Shown: positions 19,932 to 28,757, counted from the stretch's first letter. The stretch is DNA of 64,000 nt from an uncultured Candidatus Saccharibacteria bacterium (GCA_964598205.1 CAZRBB010000004.1:71156-135155); one strand, 5' to 3'. The notes: generated from the letters alone by a model not told the origin. Translations and numbers: made by a program.

Positions 19932-20190
19932 GTTTGTTAAAATAAAGAGTGAAATAATTTTTTATTTCTGGTCGGTAATTGGTTCTTTTTTTTGATTTTT
20001 TGGTTTGGTTTTTAAAGATAGTCGCTATTTTTTGGAGGCCAACCACGGTCAAAAGTTTTTAAAAATCCTGCCAATCGCCGTAATTCAAAACGGTTTCTGT
20101 GATTGATTCAACAGACAAAACGGAAGGGTCTTTAACTGACCAAAAAAGCATTTTTCTTTGGACAGCAAATTGTTTCAGCTCTTTATCCAT
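19921..20190 (-). pseudogene. Small antitoxin-like partner gene (DUF6922-like) with an internal stop
   Basis: Manual translation: MDKELKQFAVQRKMLFWSVKDPSVLSVESITETVLNYGDWQDF*KLLTVVGLQKIATIFKNQ...YRPEIKNYFTLYFNKHAH. In-frame TAA at 20059-20061, and the 3' end overlaps the toxin start. Confidence 0.6.
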
Positions 20191-20317
20191 GATAGAATAA
20201 TAGCATATTTGGTTGGAAAAATCATTGGTTTGTGATTAAAGTTTTGTTTTTAATATCTTCTTAAATTATTTTGGTAATATTAAGTTAAGATTTTTGGTGA
20301 GGAGATGATAAAAATCA

Positions 20318-20767
20318 ATGTATCGCAATTATGTAAAAAGAGCGGTTAAGAATTTTACCGATTTAGATGTTTACCAAAAGCTTTTGGAAGGAAGTGTTTT
20401 TGTGGCAAAAGTGGTGGTGCCGGCTTTTTGGGAAAAACAAACGGAGACAAAAAAAGACAAAACGGCGGAGCTGATTATAGAAAAGCTAACAGTGCATACT
20501 CTTTATCTTCCAGAGCTGATTGCCAAGGCTCATTCTGTTCGTTTTGGAGCGGGGGAGCAATGTTTGGCATTTTTAGAAGAAGCAATGCTTGGCTGTAATT
20601 TAGCGGTGGTCTATTTGGAACAAACGCGGGATATTTGCGAAACTGGGTTAGAAACCGAACAATTTTCCGAACAGATTAAAAAATATTTTCAGGTAAGACA
20701 AAAAGTGTTAAACTTGCAAAGAGTTTGGAAGAAATTTATAGAAATCAAAAAACAAGAACAAAACTAA
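20318..20767 (+). CDS. Four-helix-bundle protein (23S rRNA IVP / Avd-like fold)
   Basis: 149 aa, all-helical, with the N-terminal FTDLDVYQK motif typical of the family. Its stop lies 4 nt before the IntC gene. Confidence 0.7.
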   Translation: MYRNYVKRAVKNFTDLDVYQKLLEGSVFVAKVVVPAFWEKQTETKKDKTAELIIEKLTVHTLYLPELIAKAHSVRFGAGEQCLAFLEEAMLGCNLAVVYLEQTRDICETGLETEQFSEQIKKYFQVRQKVLNLQRVWKKFIEIKKQEQN

Positions 20768-20771
20768 AATT

Positions 20772-21059
20772 ATGTTTGGTTTTTTAAAGAAAGTTGCTAA
20801 AAAATGGCTCAAGGTTTCCCAGTTAAAAGTGGGAGCAAAAATTGCTGTGCCCAGAGCAGCGGCAATGGCTGGTTATGGTGGACTGGTTGCTAATGATTCC
20901 TTACTAGAAGAAGGCGAAGGGGATTATATGTGGGACGAAATTACCGAAATTAAAAAAGTTGGTCGAGAAAGAGTTTACGACATTGAAGTAGACGGAACGC
21001 ATAATTTTATTGCGGGGAATATTAATAATAAATTATTCGGCGGAATTTTTGCTCACAAC
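20772..21059 (+). other. Split intein C-fragment (IntC, 96 aa)
   Basis: WLKVSQLKVGAKIAVP (N4-like), block F RVYDIEVDGTHNFIA, block G GIFAHN, then Thr(+1) at 21060. Confidence 0.9.
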
Positions 21060-22670
21060 ACCTATGTCACCGGCAACGTCGGCATCGGGACGACGACACC
21101 GACCTACCGTCTTCAACTCCCCAATGTAGGCGATGCTACCGGGCAGGGCCAAGCCAATGCTTGGGTAGCATATTCAGATAGAAGTTTAAAAGAAGAGGTT
21201 GATCCAATCACTAATGCTCTAAACAATGTTCTTCTCTTACAAGGAGTAGACTTTACTTGGAAGGGTCAAGGAATTAGAAGCTCTGGCTTTATTGCTCAAG
21301 ATGTAGAAGAGGTTATTCCTAGTCTAGTATCCACAGACATTAACGGAATTAAGTCTTTAGACTATGGAAGATTTACTCCTTACCTAGTAGAAGCAATCAA
21401 AACCCAACAACTAAACATTACTACTAACACGAGCCGTCTTGATCTCCTAGATCAAAAGATAATGGAAGAGGCGAGTGGTTCTTTAATCCTTAATGCTACT
21501 GGCAATAGTATCCAAGCCAAAGATCTCTTAGACGCTACCTTACAAGGTGTAGCTACTAAAGTTAAATCCGGCACTATTTCCGACACTGACTTTATTTTAC
21601 CGATCAATGGTTTAATGGCAGTAGACTCAGCTAATGGAAGGGTCTATTTCCGTTACGACAATGATTGGCATTATGTTAATCAAACAGGAGGCTTTCAGAT
21701 TCCTAATTACGAAACCGCTCCGTACGAAAAGCTATCTCAAAACTCTAAGATTAAAGAAAATGAAGCTCTTCCTTTTGAATCAAGTAACTATCCTCACTAC
21801 ATAACAGAAAAGTTAACTCCCGGAGAGCTTCTGATTCCTTTTGTAGATGAATACCTTCCAGACGGAGCTGTCCATGGTCTGTATGCTAGATTCGAAGATG
21901 TTAAAGAAAAAATGTTTACTCAAGAAAAGAGCCAGTTAGTAGATCTAGCCCTTAAAACCGCAGAGAACATAGAAACTATTAAAGAGTTTAAAGAATCAGT
22001 AGATAAAAACCTAGCCGTAATTTCTTCTAACTTTGAATCATTAGATAACAACATTGACCGAAACGAAAAGAATGTTGAAAGCTTAGAAACCAGAACAGAA
22101 GCTACAGAAGCTAAAAATAATGATCTATCTTCCCGAGTTTCTGTCTTAGAGTTTTCTCTTTCTGAATCCCAACTAGCCGGAGAGCGCTTAGAGTTCCTTA
22201 CCCAAATCTTAAACCCAGCTGAAGACGGAAGCCTGACTATTTACAATGATCTGAATTTAGAAGGCAGATTGAGCGCCGAGGAAGTGGTGCTTAACAAGAT
22301 CACTATTAAGACCGATTCCGAAGAAACCCGCACGGTAGGGCAGGCGGTGATTGTTGGATTAGCTAAAGATGAAGATGCTGATGGCAAAGACGACAACACC
22401 GGAGCCGATGGTAAGAGCGTGATTATAAAAACCAGAATGGTTACGGAAAGTTCCAAGATTTTTTTAACCTTTGAAAACAATCCTCAATCATTGTATTGGG
22501 CAGAAAAAGTAACCAATGAATCTGGTGCTCTTATTGGTTTTAAGATTCTTCTAAACAGTCCGGCGTCGGCGGATATTAAAGTTTCTTGGTGGATTCTAGA
22601 AGAAGACGATCCGGCCAAGCAAACAACAAGCACTCCGGTCATTCCTTCTTCCCAATCAGAAGCACTTTAA
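20772..22670 (+). CDS. Split-intein C-fragment fused to the fibre C-terminus (GNVGIGTT + peptidase S74 chaperone + coiled coil)
   Basis: Residues 1-96 are IntC, followed by TYVTGNVGIGTT. The S74 motifs SDRSLKE...GFIAQDVEEVIP.LV...LDY...LVEAIK start at Ser135 (21174). Confidence 0.9.
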   Translation: MFGFLKKVAKKWLKVSQLKVGAKIAVPRAAAMAGYGGLVANDSLLEEGEGDYMWDEITEIKKVGRERVYDIEVDGTHNFIAGNINNKLFGGIFAHNTYVTGNVGIGTTTPTYRLQLPNVGDATGQGQANAWVAYSDRSLKEEVDPITNALNNVLLLQGVDFTWKGQGIRSSGFIAQDVEEVIPSLVSTDINGIKSLDYGRFTPYLVEAIKTQQLNITTNTSRLDLLDQKIMEEASGSLILNATGNSIQAKDLLDATLQGVATKVKSGTISDTDFILPINGLMAVDSANGRVYFRYDNDWHYVNQTGGFQIPNYETAPYEKLSQNSKIKENEALPFESSNYPHYITEKLTPGELLIPFVDEYLPDGAVHGLYARFEDVKEKMFTQEKSQLVDLALKTAENIETIKEFKESVDKNLAVISSNFESLDNNIDRNEKNVESLETRTEATEAKNNDLSSRVSVLEFSLSESQLAGERLEFLTQILNPAEDGSLTIYNDLNLEGRLSAEEVVLNKITIKTDSEETRTVGQAVIVGLAKDEDADGKDDNTGADGKSVIIKTRMVTESSKIFLTFENNPQSLYWAEKVTNESGALIGFKILLNSPASADIKVSWWILEEDDPAKQTTSTPVIPSSQSEAL

Positions 22671-22835
22671 TTAATTCCGAATTTTGAAATTACGAATAAA
22701 GATTTTTCTTCTTGGTCTTCCTTAAAACCAATGCAATACTTCTTTTTTGATTCTTGTCTGTAAATTGTCAATTAAATATTTGTGTGTTTAGATAATTAAG
22801 AATCGATTAATTTTAAATTAAATAAATCTAAAATC

Positions 22836-23303
22836 ATGGAAAGAACTTTGGTCATTATTAAACCAGATGCGCTTCAAAGAAATTTGATTGGGGAAATAAT
22901 TTCTCGTTTTGAAAGAAAGGGATTAAAAATTATTGGCATGAAGATGATGTCGGTAGATAATGTTAAGCTAGATGAACATTATGGCAAGTATTCTGACAAG
23001 CCATTCTTTGTTCATCTTAAAAAATTTATGCAGAGTTCGCCAGTAGTGGCAATGGTTTGGGAAGGTGTGGAGGCCGTTTCAGCGGTGCGCTTAATTGCTG
23101 GATCCACCAAAGGAAGAGAGGCAGATGCTGGCACAATCCGAGGCGATCTTTCTATGAGTCTACAAACCAATGTGATTCATGTTTCCGATCCCAAAGAAGA
23201 TCCAGAAGCGGAAATTAAGAGATTTTTTGGGGACGACGAACTTTTTGATTATGAAAAGATAGACATGTTTTATCTTTATTCTCCAGACGAATTAGAAAGC
23301 TAA
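22836..23303 (+). CDS. ndk: Nucleoside diphosphate kinase
   Basis: Motifs ERTLVIIKPDA, GTIRGD and NVIHVSD. Confidence 0.97.
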   Translation: MERTLVIIKPDALQRNLIGEIISRFERKGLKIIGMKMMSVDNVKLDEHYGKYSDKPFFVHLKKFMQSSPVVAMVWEGVEAVSAVRLIAGSTKGREADAGTIRGDLSMSLQTNVIHVSDPKEDPEAEIKRFFGDDELFDYEKIDMFYLYSPDELES

Positions 23304-23304
23304 G

Positions 23305-23333
23305 TTGACACAACGGTTTTCCTTTGCTAATTT
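23305..23333 (+). promoter_or_regulatory. Putative sigma70 promoter of the str operon
   Basis: TTGACA, 17-nt spacer, TAATTT with a TGn extension, upstream of rpsL. Confidence 0.55.
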
Positions 23334-23427
23334 TCTTTCATTGGAAGGACTTTTGCGTACGGAAAAGCCCTACTTTATTGGAAGGACCTTTGTTCCCTCG
23401 TTGTTTATTTGATTCATAAATTAGCCA

Positions 23428-23859
23428 ATGCCCACCATTAATCAACTAGTTAGGAAAGGACGCCAAGATAAAATTAGGAAGTCAAAATCGCCTGCCTTGC
23501 AGCGCTTTTTTAATACATTAAACAATAGGCCGGTAAAGTATAAAAAGGGTAGCCCGTTTAAAAGAGGTGTCTGTGTTAAGGTTTCTACTACTACTCCTAA
23601 AAAACCAAACTCTGCTTTACGAAAAATTGCCAGAGTACGGTTGACTAATCAAATGGAAGTCACGGCTTACATTCCGGGTATTGGCCACAACCTTCAAGAA
23701 CACTCCATTGTAATGATTCGCGGTGGTCGGGTAAAAGATTTACCCGGTGTTCGGTACCATATTGTGCGGGGCGTCCTAGACTCTGAAGGCGTTCATGACC
23801 GCAAACAAGGTCGCAGTCGTTACGGTGCCAAGCGGCCTAAAAAAGAGAATAAAGATTAA
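23428..23859 (+). CDS. rpsL: 30S ribosomal protein S12
   Basis: [30 protein letters not shown]. Confidence 0.99.
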   Translation: MPTINQLVRKGRQDKIRKSKSPALQRFFNTLNNRPVKYKKGSPFKRGVCVKVSTTTPKKPNSALRKIARVRLTNQMEVTAYIPGIGHNLQEHSIVMIRGGRVKDLPGVRYHIVRGVLDSEGVHDRKQGRSRYGAKRPKKENKD

Positions 23860-23885
23860 TAATTTAGTTTAGTCATTACTTTAAT

Positions 23886-24332
23886 ATGGAAAAGCAATAC
23901 ACTCCCGATCCCAAGTTTCATAATGTGCTAGTTGGTCGCTTGATTGGTCAATTAATGAAGCGAGGTAAAAAAATTAAAGCCGAAAAAATTATTTACGATT
24001 GTTTTGATTTAATAAAAGAAAAATCCAAACAAGATCCAATAGATGTTCTAGACGAAGCGATTCGTAACATTGCTCCTTCTCTAGAAGTAAAAGCCAAGCG
24101 GGTGGGTGGCGCTAACTATCAAGTGCCAGTTCCGGTAATTGGAGAAAGACGAATTACTTTAGCTTTGCGTTGGTTGCTTTTGGCAGTAAGAAACAAAAAA
24201 GGAAAATCTACCGCTCAAAAACTGACCGCCGAAATCCTAGACGCGGCTCATCGCCAAGGAGCGGCTGTTAAAAAAAGAGAAGACGTTCACCGAATGGCAG
24301 AATCAAACAAAGCCTTTGCGCATTTTGCCTAA
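23886..24332 (+). CDS. rpsG: 30S ribosomal protein S7
   Basis: RVGGANYQVP, HRMAESNKAFAH. Confidence 0.99.
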   Translation: MEKQYTPDPKFHNVLVGRLIGQLMKRGKKIKAEKIIYDCFDLIKEKSKQDPIDVLDEAIRNIAPSLEVKAKRVGGANYQVPVPVIGERRITLALRWLLLAVRNKKGKSTAQKLTAEILDAAHRQGAAVKKREDVHRMAESNKAFAHFA

Positions 24333-24419
24333 ACCAAAAGACTATCATCTTTTTAATTTTTAATTTCGGATTTTGAATTTTGATTAAAATTGGAATTTAT
24401 AATTTAAAAAGATTTTCTA

Positions 24420-24567
24420 TTTTCCATAAGCCAATGTTTTTTGAGGAGGCTCCTTGGTCCCGCCCACTAAACTTCAAGCTTTTTAGGTAAAGTAGAACAG
24501 GAACAAGGTGGAGCGAGGCCCGGTCGAGGACGAGCGTACTCCAAAAAAGACATTGGCTTATGGAAAA
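24420..24567 (+). repeat. Structured intergenic repeat element, copy C (between rpsG and fusA)
   Basis: Same core as copies A and B, with an 18-bp closing stem at 24420-24437 / 24550-24567. Confidence 0.85.
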
Positions 24568-24642
24568 AAATTCAAAGCCACTCAATTTAAAATTCAAATT
24601 TTAATCAAAATTCAAAACTATTAATTCATAATTAAACAAGAA

Positions 24643-26787
24643 ATGCCTCGGGAATATCCGCTTCTAAAAACTAGAAACATTGGGATCATTGCCCATATCG
24701 ACGCCGGTAAAACAACAACTACGGAGCGTATTTTATTTTACACTGGAATTTCTCACAAAATTGGAGAAGTGCACGAAGGTGCAGCAATTATGGACTGGAT
24801 GGAGCAAGAGCGGGAGCGGGGGATTACCATTACTTCGGCGGCAACTACTTGTTTTTGGTCGCCTTCTGTTTTTAACGAAGAAGGCGTAATGCAGTCTGGT
24901 AAAAAAGATTATCGAATAAATATTATAGATACTCCTGGCCATGTTGATTTCACCGTGGAAGTAGAACGGTCACTGCGGGTATTAGATGGTGGCGTAGTGG
25001 TTTTTGACGGCAAAATGGGAGTAGAGCCTCAATCGGAAACGGTTTGGCGCCAAGCAGACAAATATAAGGTTCCTCGGATTTGTTTTGTGAACAAAATAAA
25101 TCAAACTGGTGGCGATTTTTACATGAGCTTTCAATCGATTAAGGATCGGCTAAGTCCTAAGGCGGTAGCGATTACTTTGCCAATTGGCGAAGAACAGGAA
25201 ATACAAGGATTGGTAGATCTAATAGAAATGAAGGCGTTTGTTTATGCTAACAAAGACCACACCGAATTAAAAAGAACAGAAATTCCCCAAGATATGCTAG
25301 AAAAGGCTAAAGAGTATCGGGCTGTGCTAATAGAAAAGGTAGCCGAAACAGACGACAAGCTTTTGGAAATATTTTTAGAAGACGGAATTATTTCCAAACA
25401 AGAATTAAAATATGCACTACGCAAGGCAACACTAGATAGCAAGATTTTTCCAGTAACTGGTGGCGATGGTCGTTCAGTAATGGTCACTAAAGTTTTGGAT
25501 TTCGTAATTGATTTTTTACCCAGCCCGTTAGATATTCTACCAGTAGAAGGAATTGATCCTAAGACTGAAGATAAAATTATTCGCGAAGCCGATGAATCCA
25601 AGAGCTTTGCTTCTTTGGCTTTTAAAATTGCCACTGATCCTTTTGTGGGATCGTTGTGTTTTTTCCGAGTCTATTCTGGAACCTTAAAAGTAGGGACTTA
25701 TGTTTACAATTCTACCAAAGACGAAAAAGAGCGGATTGGTCGGATTGTGCGGATGCACGCTAACAAAAGAGAAGAAGTGGAAGAAGTTTTTGCTGGCGAC
25801 ATTGCGGCCATGATCGGCTTAAAATACACTACTACTGGAGACACGCTTTGCTCCATAGAAGATCCAATAATTTTAGAAAAGATTTCTTTCCCAGAACCAG
25901 TAATTTCCGTGGCAGTAGAACCCAAGACTAAAGCTGATCAAGAAAAAATGGGCATGGCTCTAAAAAAGTTAGCCGAAGAAGATCCTACTTTTAGAGTACA
26001 TACCGACGACGAAACCTTGGAAACAATTATTTCTGGAATGGGAGAATTACATTTGGAAATTTTGGTGGATCGAATGAAACGAGAATTTAAAGTAGAAGCG
26101 AATACTGGTAAACCTAGGGTGGCTTATCGGGAAACAATCGGCAATGAAAGCGAAGCCGAAGAAAAATATATTCGGCAGACTGGTGGTCGTGGTCAGTACG
26201 GCCATGTGGTGTTAAAGGTGGAACCGCAAGAGCCAGGCAAGGGTTATGAATTTGTAGACGCTATTAAAGGCGCCAGAATTCCTAATGAATATATTCCAGC
26301 AGTGGCCAAGGGTATTAAAGAGGCGCTAGAAGGCGGTGTCTTGGCTGGTTATCCAATTGTAGATTTAAAAGTTACTCTTTTAGATGGTTCGTATCATGAA
26401 GTAGACTCTTCGGAAGCGTCCTTTAAGATTGCCGGTTCCAAGGGATTCAAAAAAGCTTTTCGAGCGGGTAGTCCATATTTACTAGAACCGGTAATGAAGG
26501 TAGAAGTGGTGACTCCAGAAAAATTTATGGGAGATGTAGTGGGAGATATTAATTCTCGAAGAGGAGTAATAGAAAATATGGAAGATCGGGGCGAAGGTTC
26601 GGCGGCAGTCAAAATTATTTCTTCTAAAGTTCCCTTGGCAACAATGTTTGGTTACGCTACTTCCCTGCGGTCTTTGAGTCAGGGGCGAGCCAACTATTCT
26701 ATGGAATTCAATCACTACGAAAGAGTTCCCAATAATGTGGCTCAAGAAATTATGGGCACCAGTGCGCCCGTTAAAGAGGAAGAATAA
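24643..26787 (+). CDS. fusA: Elongation factor G
   Basis: [30 protein letters not shown]. Confidence 0.99.
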   Translation: MPREYPLLKTRNIGIIAHIDAGKTTTTERILFYTGISHKIGEVHEGAAIMDWMEQERERGITITSAATTCFWSPSVFNEEGVMQSGKKDYRINIIDTPGHVDFTVEVERSLRVLDGGVVVFDGKMGVEPQSETVWRQADKYKVPRICFVNKINQTGGDFYMSFQSIKDRLSPKAVAITLPIGEEQEIQGLVDLIEMKAFVYANKDHTELKRTEIPQDMLEKAKEYRAVLIEKVAETDDKLLEIFLEDGIISKQELKYALRKATLDSKIFPVTGGDGRSVMVTKVLDFVIDFLPSPLDILPVEGIDPKTEDKIIREADESKSFASLAFKIATDPFVGSLCFFRVYSGTLKVGTYVYNSTKDEKERIGRIVRMHANKREEVEEVFAGDIAAMIGLKYTTTGDTLCSIEDPIILEKISFPEPVISVAVEPKTKADQEKMGMALKKLAEEDPTFRVHTDDETLETIISGMGELHLEILVDRMKREFKVEANTGKPRVAYRETIGNESEAEEKYIRQTGGRGQYGHVVLKVEPQEPGKGYEFVDAIKGARIPNEYIPAVAKGIKEALEGGVLAGYPIVDLKVTLLDGSYHEVDSSEASFKIAGSKGFKKAFRAGSPYLLEPVMKVEVVTPEKFMGDVVGDINSRRGVIENMEDRGEGSAAVKIISSKVPLATMFGYATSLRSLSQGRANYSMEFNHYERVPNNVAQEIMGTSAPVKEEE

Positions 26788-26797
26788 TTTTTCCCCA

Positions 26798-27361
26798 ATG
26801 AATCCTTTTACCGTTTTGGCCAAGTATTATGATCCGTGTTCCCTAGAGTATCAAACACTGGTGGTTCATTCGGTTTTAGTGGCGCAAAAAGCACTTTTAA
26901 TAGCCAAAAGATTAAAAGAAGACGAAATTGCAGATGTGGATTGCAATTTTATTTACGAAGCGGCCATGTTGCACGACATTGGTTTTAAATTCCCGGTTGG
27001 TGCTAAAAACAGGGAAGAGCTGAGCACTTGTTATGTTGCTCACGGTTATTACGGTGCGGAAATTTTGCGAAAGGAAAAATTACCGCTTTATGCCAGGGTA
27101 GCCGAAAGGCATGTAGGAATGGGGATCTTGGCGAAAGATATTAAAGAGAATAATTGGCCAATTCCCGAGGCGGATTACAAGCCCCAAACCGTAGAAGAAA
27201 AGATTATTTCTTTTGCCGATTTGTTCTTTTCTAAAAAACCAGAAGCTCTTTTTAAAGAAGGAACCCCGGAACAAATAGAGCAAGAAATCTCTACTTATTC
27301 TTTAAGGAAAGAGAAGTTAGCGCTTTTTCGTGCTTGGCAAAAAGAATTTTCTTTTCTTTAG
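26798..27361 (+). CDS. HD/HDIG-domain phosphohydrolase
   Basis: HS...A...LHDIG...HGYYGAEIL...ERH...FAD. Likely start is ATG 26798, just after the fusA stop. Confidence 0.85.
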   Translation: MNPFTVLAKYYDPCSLEYQTLVVHSVLVAQKALLIAKRLKEDEIADVDCNFIYEAAMLHDIGFKFPVGAKNREELSTCYVAHGYYGAEILRKEKLPLYARVAERHVGMGILAKDIKENNWPIPEADYKPQTVEEKIISFADLFFSKKPEALFKEGTPEQIEQEISTYSLRKEKLALFRAWQKEFSFL

Positions 27362-27524
27362 CTCTTGACTTATCTTTAAATATAAGTTAATTATTTTAGT
27401 TATAGCTAGCTTTTGCTGGTTGACTTTTTTTTATAAATATTTTAATAAATCAAAATTAATCAAGACCAATTGGCTGAAACCCAAGCTCTAAATTTGGGGT
27501 TGGTCTTAGGGGGAAATCAAAAAA

Positions 27525-28718
27525 ATGGCAGAGAAATTTGACCGCAGTAAACCTCATGTCAATGTGGGGACAATTGGGCACGTAGATCACGGTAAAACAA
27601 CCTTGACTGCCGCTATTTTGCACAGTCTTAAACTGGCTGGTAAAAAAGCGAGTGACAAGGGTGTAGATCAAATCGATTCCGCTCCAGAAGAAAAAGAAAG
27701 AGGAATTACGATCGCTACTGCGCATGTGGAATACGAATCCGACGCTCGGCACTACGCTCATGTGGACTGCCCAGGGCATGCCGATTACATTAAGAATATG
27801 ATTACTGGCGCCGCGCAAATGGACGGAGCCATTTTGGTAGTTTCCGCTGCAGACGGTCCAATGCCACAAACCAGAGAGCACATTCTTTTGGCTCGCCAAG
27901 TAGGTGTTCCGGCGATTGTGGTTTTTTTGAACAAAATAGATCAGGTAGATGATCCAGAATTAATTGATCTAGTAGAAACAGAAGTTCGCGAGCTTTTAAC
28001 CAAATACGAATTCGACGGCGACAACATTACCATTGTTAAAGGTTCAGCCTTAAAAGCTTTGGAATCAACCAACAAGGACGATGAAAGCGTAAAAGCGGTT
28101 CTAAGTTTAGTAGATGCGTTAGACGCCAAAATTCCTCAACCGGAAAGAGAAGTAGATAAGCCTTTTATGATGCCTATTGAAGATGTCTTCTCCATAGAAG
28201 GAAGAGGCACCGTGGTTACTGGTAGAATAGAAAGAGGAGAAGTTAAGGTTGGAGAAGAAGTAGAATTGGTAGGTCTAAAAGACACAATGAAAACCGTGGT
28301 AACCGGAATCGAAATGTTCAATAAGGAATTAGATAAAGGCCAAGCTGGAGACAACGCTGGAGTGCTTTTGCGAAGCATTAAGAAAGAAGATGTAGAAAGA
28401 GGCCAAGTACTAGCCAAGGTTGGATCAATCAATCCACATAGTGAATTCGAAGCTGAGGTTTATATTTTAACCAAAGAAGAAGGCGGACGGCACACTCCTT
28501 TTTTCACCGGTTACAAACCTCAATTCTATATTCGAACTACAGATGTTACCGGAGATGTTGTACTACCAGAAGGAACAGAAATGGTAATGCCTGGAGACAC
28601 AATCAGTATTGTAGTGAAATTGGTTAACAAGGTAGCAATGGAATCAGGAATGCGATTTGCAATCAGAGAAGGTGGTAAAACGGTTGGAGCAGGAGTAGTG
28701 ACAAAGATTATCAAGTAG
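27525..28718 (+). CDS. tuf: Elongation factor Tu
   Basis: [25 protein letters not shown]. Confidence 0.99.
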   Translation: MAEKFDRSKPHVNVGTIGHVDHGKTTLTAAILHSLKLAGKKASDKGVDQIDSAPEEKERGITIATAHVEYESDARHYAHVDCPGHADYIKNMITGAAQMDGAILVVSAADGPMPQTREHILLARQVGVPAIVVFLNKIDQVDDPELIDLVETEVRELLTKYEFDGDNITIVKGSALKALESTNKDDESVKAVLSLVDALDAKIPQPEREVDKPFMMPIEDVFSIEGRGTVVTGRIERGEVKVGEEVELVGLKDTMKTVVTGIEMFNKELDKGQAGDNAGVLLRSIKKEDVERGQVLAKVGSINPHSEFEAEVYILTKEEGGRHTPFFTGYKPQFYIRTTDVTGDVVLPEGTEMVMPGDTISIVVKLVNKVAMESGMRFAIREGGKTVGAGVVTKIIK

Positions 28719-28727
28719 AACTAAAGA

Positions 28728-28757
28728 AGGAGAGTCTTGTTTAGGCAAGGCTCTCCT
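28728..28757 (+). terminator. Stem-loop between tuf and rpsJ
   Basis: AGGAGAGTCTTGT/GCAAGGCTCTCCT stem (with G-U pairs) followed by a T-run. Confidence 0.5.

Larger units (their letters stand above)
9105..21094 (+). repeat. 24 in-frame copies of the 23-bp repeat GGCAACGTCGGCATCGGGACGAC
   Basis: Copies start at 9105*, 11628, 11868, 12228, 12441*, 12816, 13104, 13452, 13704, 13905, 14175, 14391, 14973, 15189, 15471*, 15801, 16113, 16398, 16713, 16989, 17262, 17469, 17769 and 21072 (* = synonymous variants; the other 21 are identical). Confidence 0.95.

Noticed and set aside
18720-20767. Diversity-generating retroelement (Avd-like gene plus a repeat pair whose two substitutions are both at A in one copy)
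   Set aside because: No reverse transcriptase lies in the window, and the pair is only ~57 bp with two substitutions and an indel. That is too little to call a TR/VR pair.
7608-22670. Prophage tail-fibre locus
   Set aside because: No capsid, terminase, portal, integrase or other phage genes are nearby. The protein has an N-terminal membrane/signal segment and sits among host genes.
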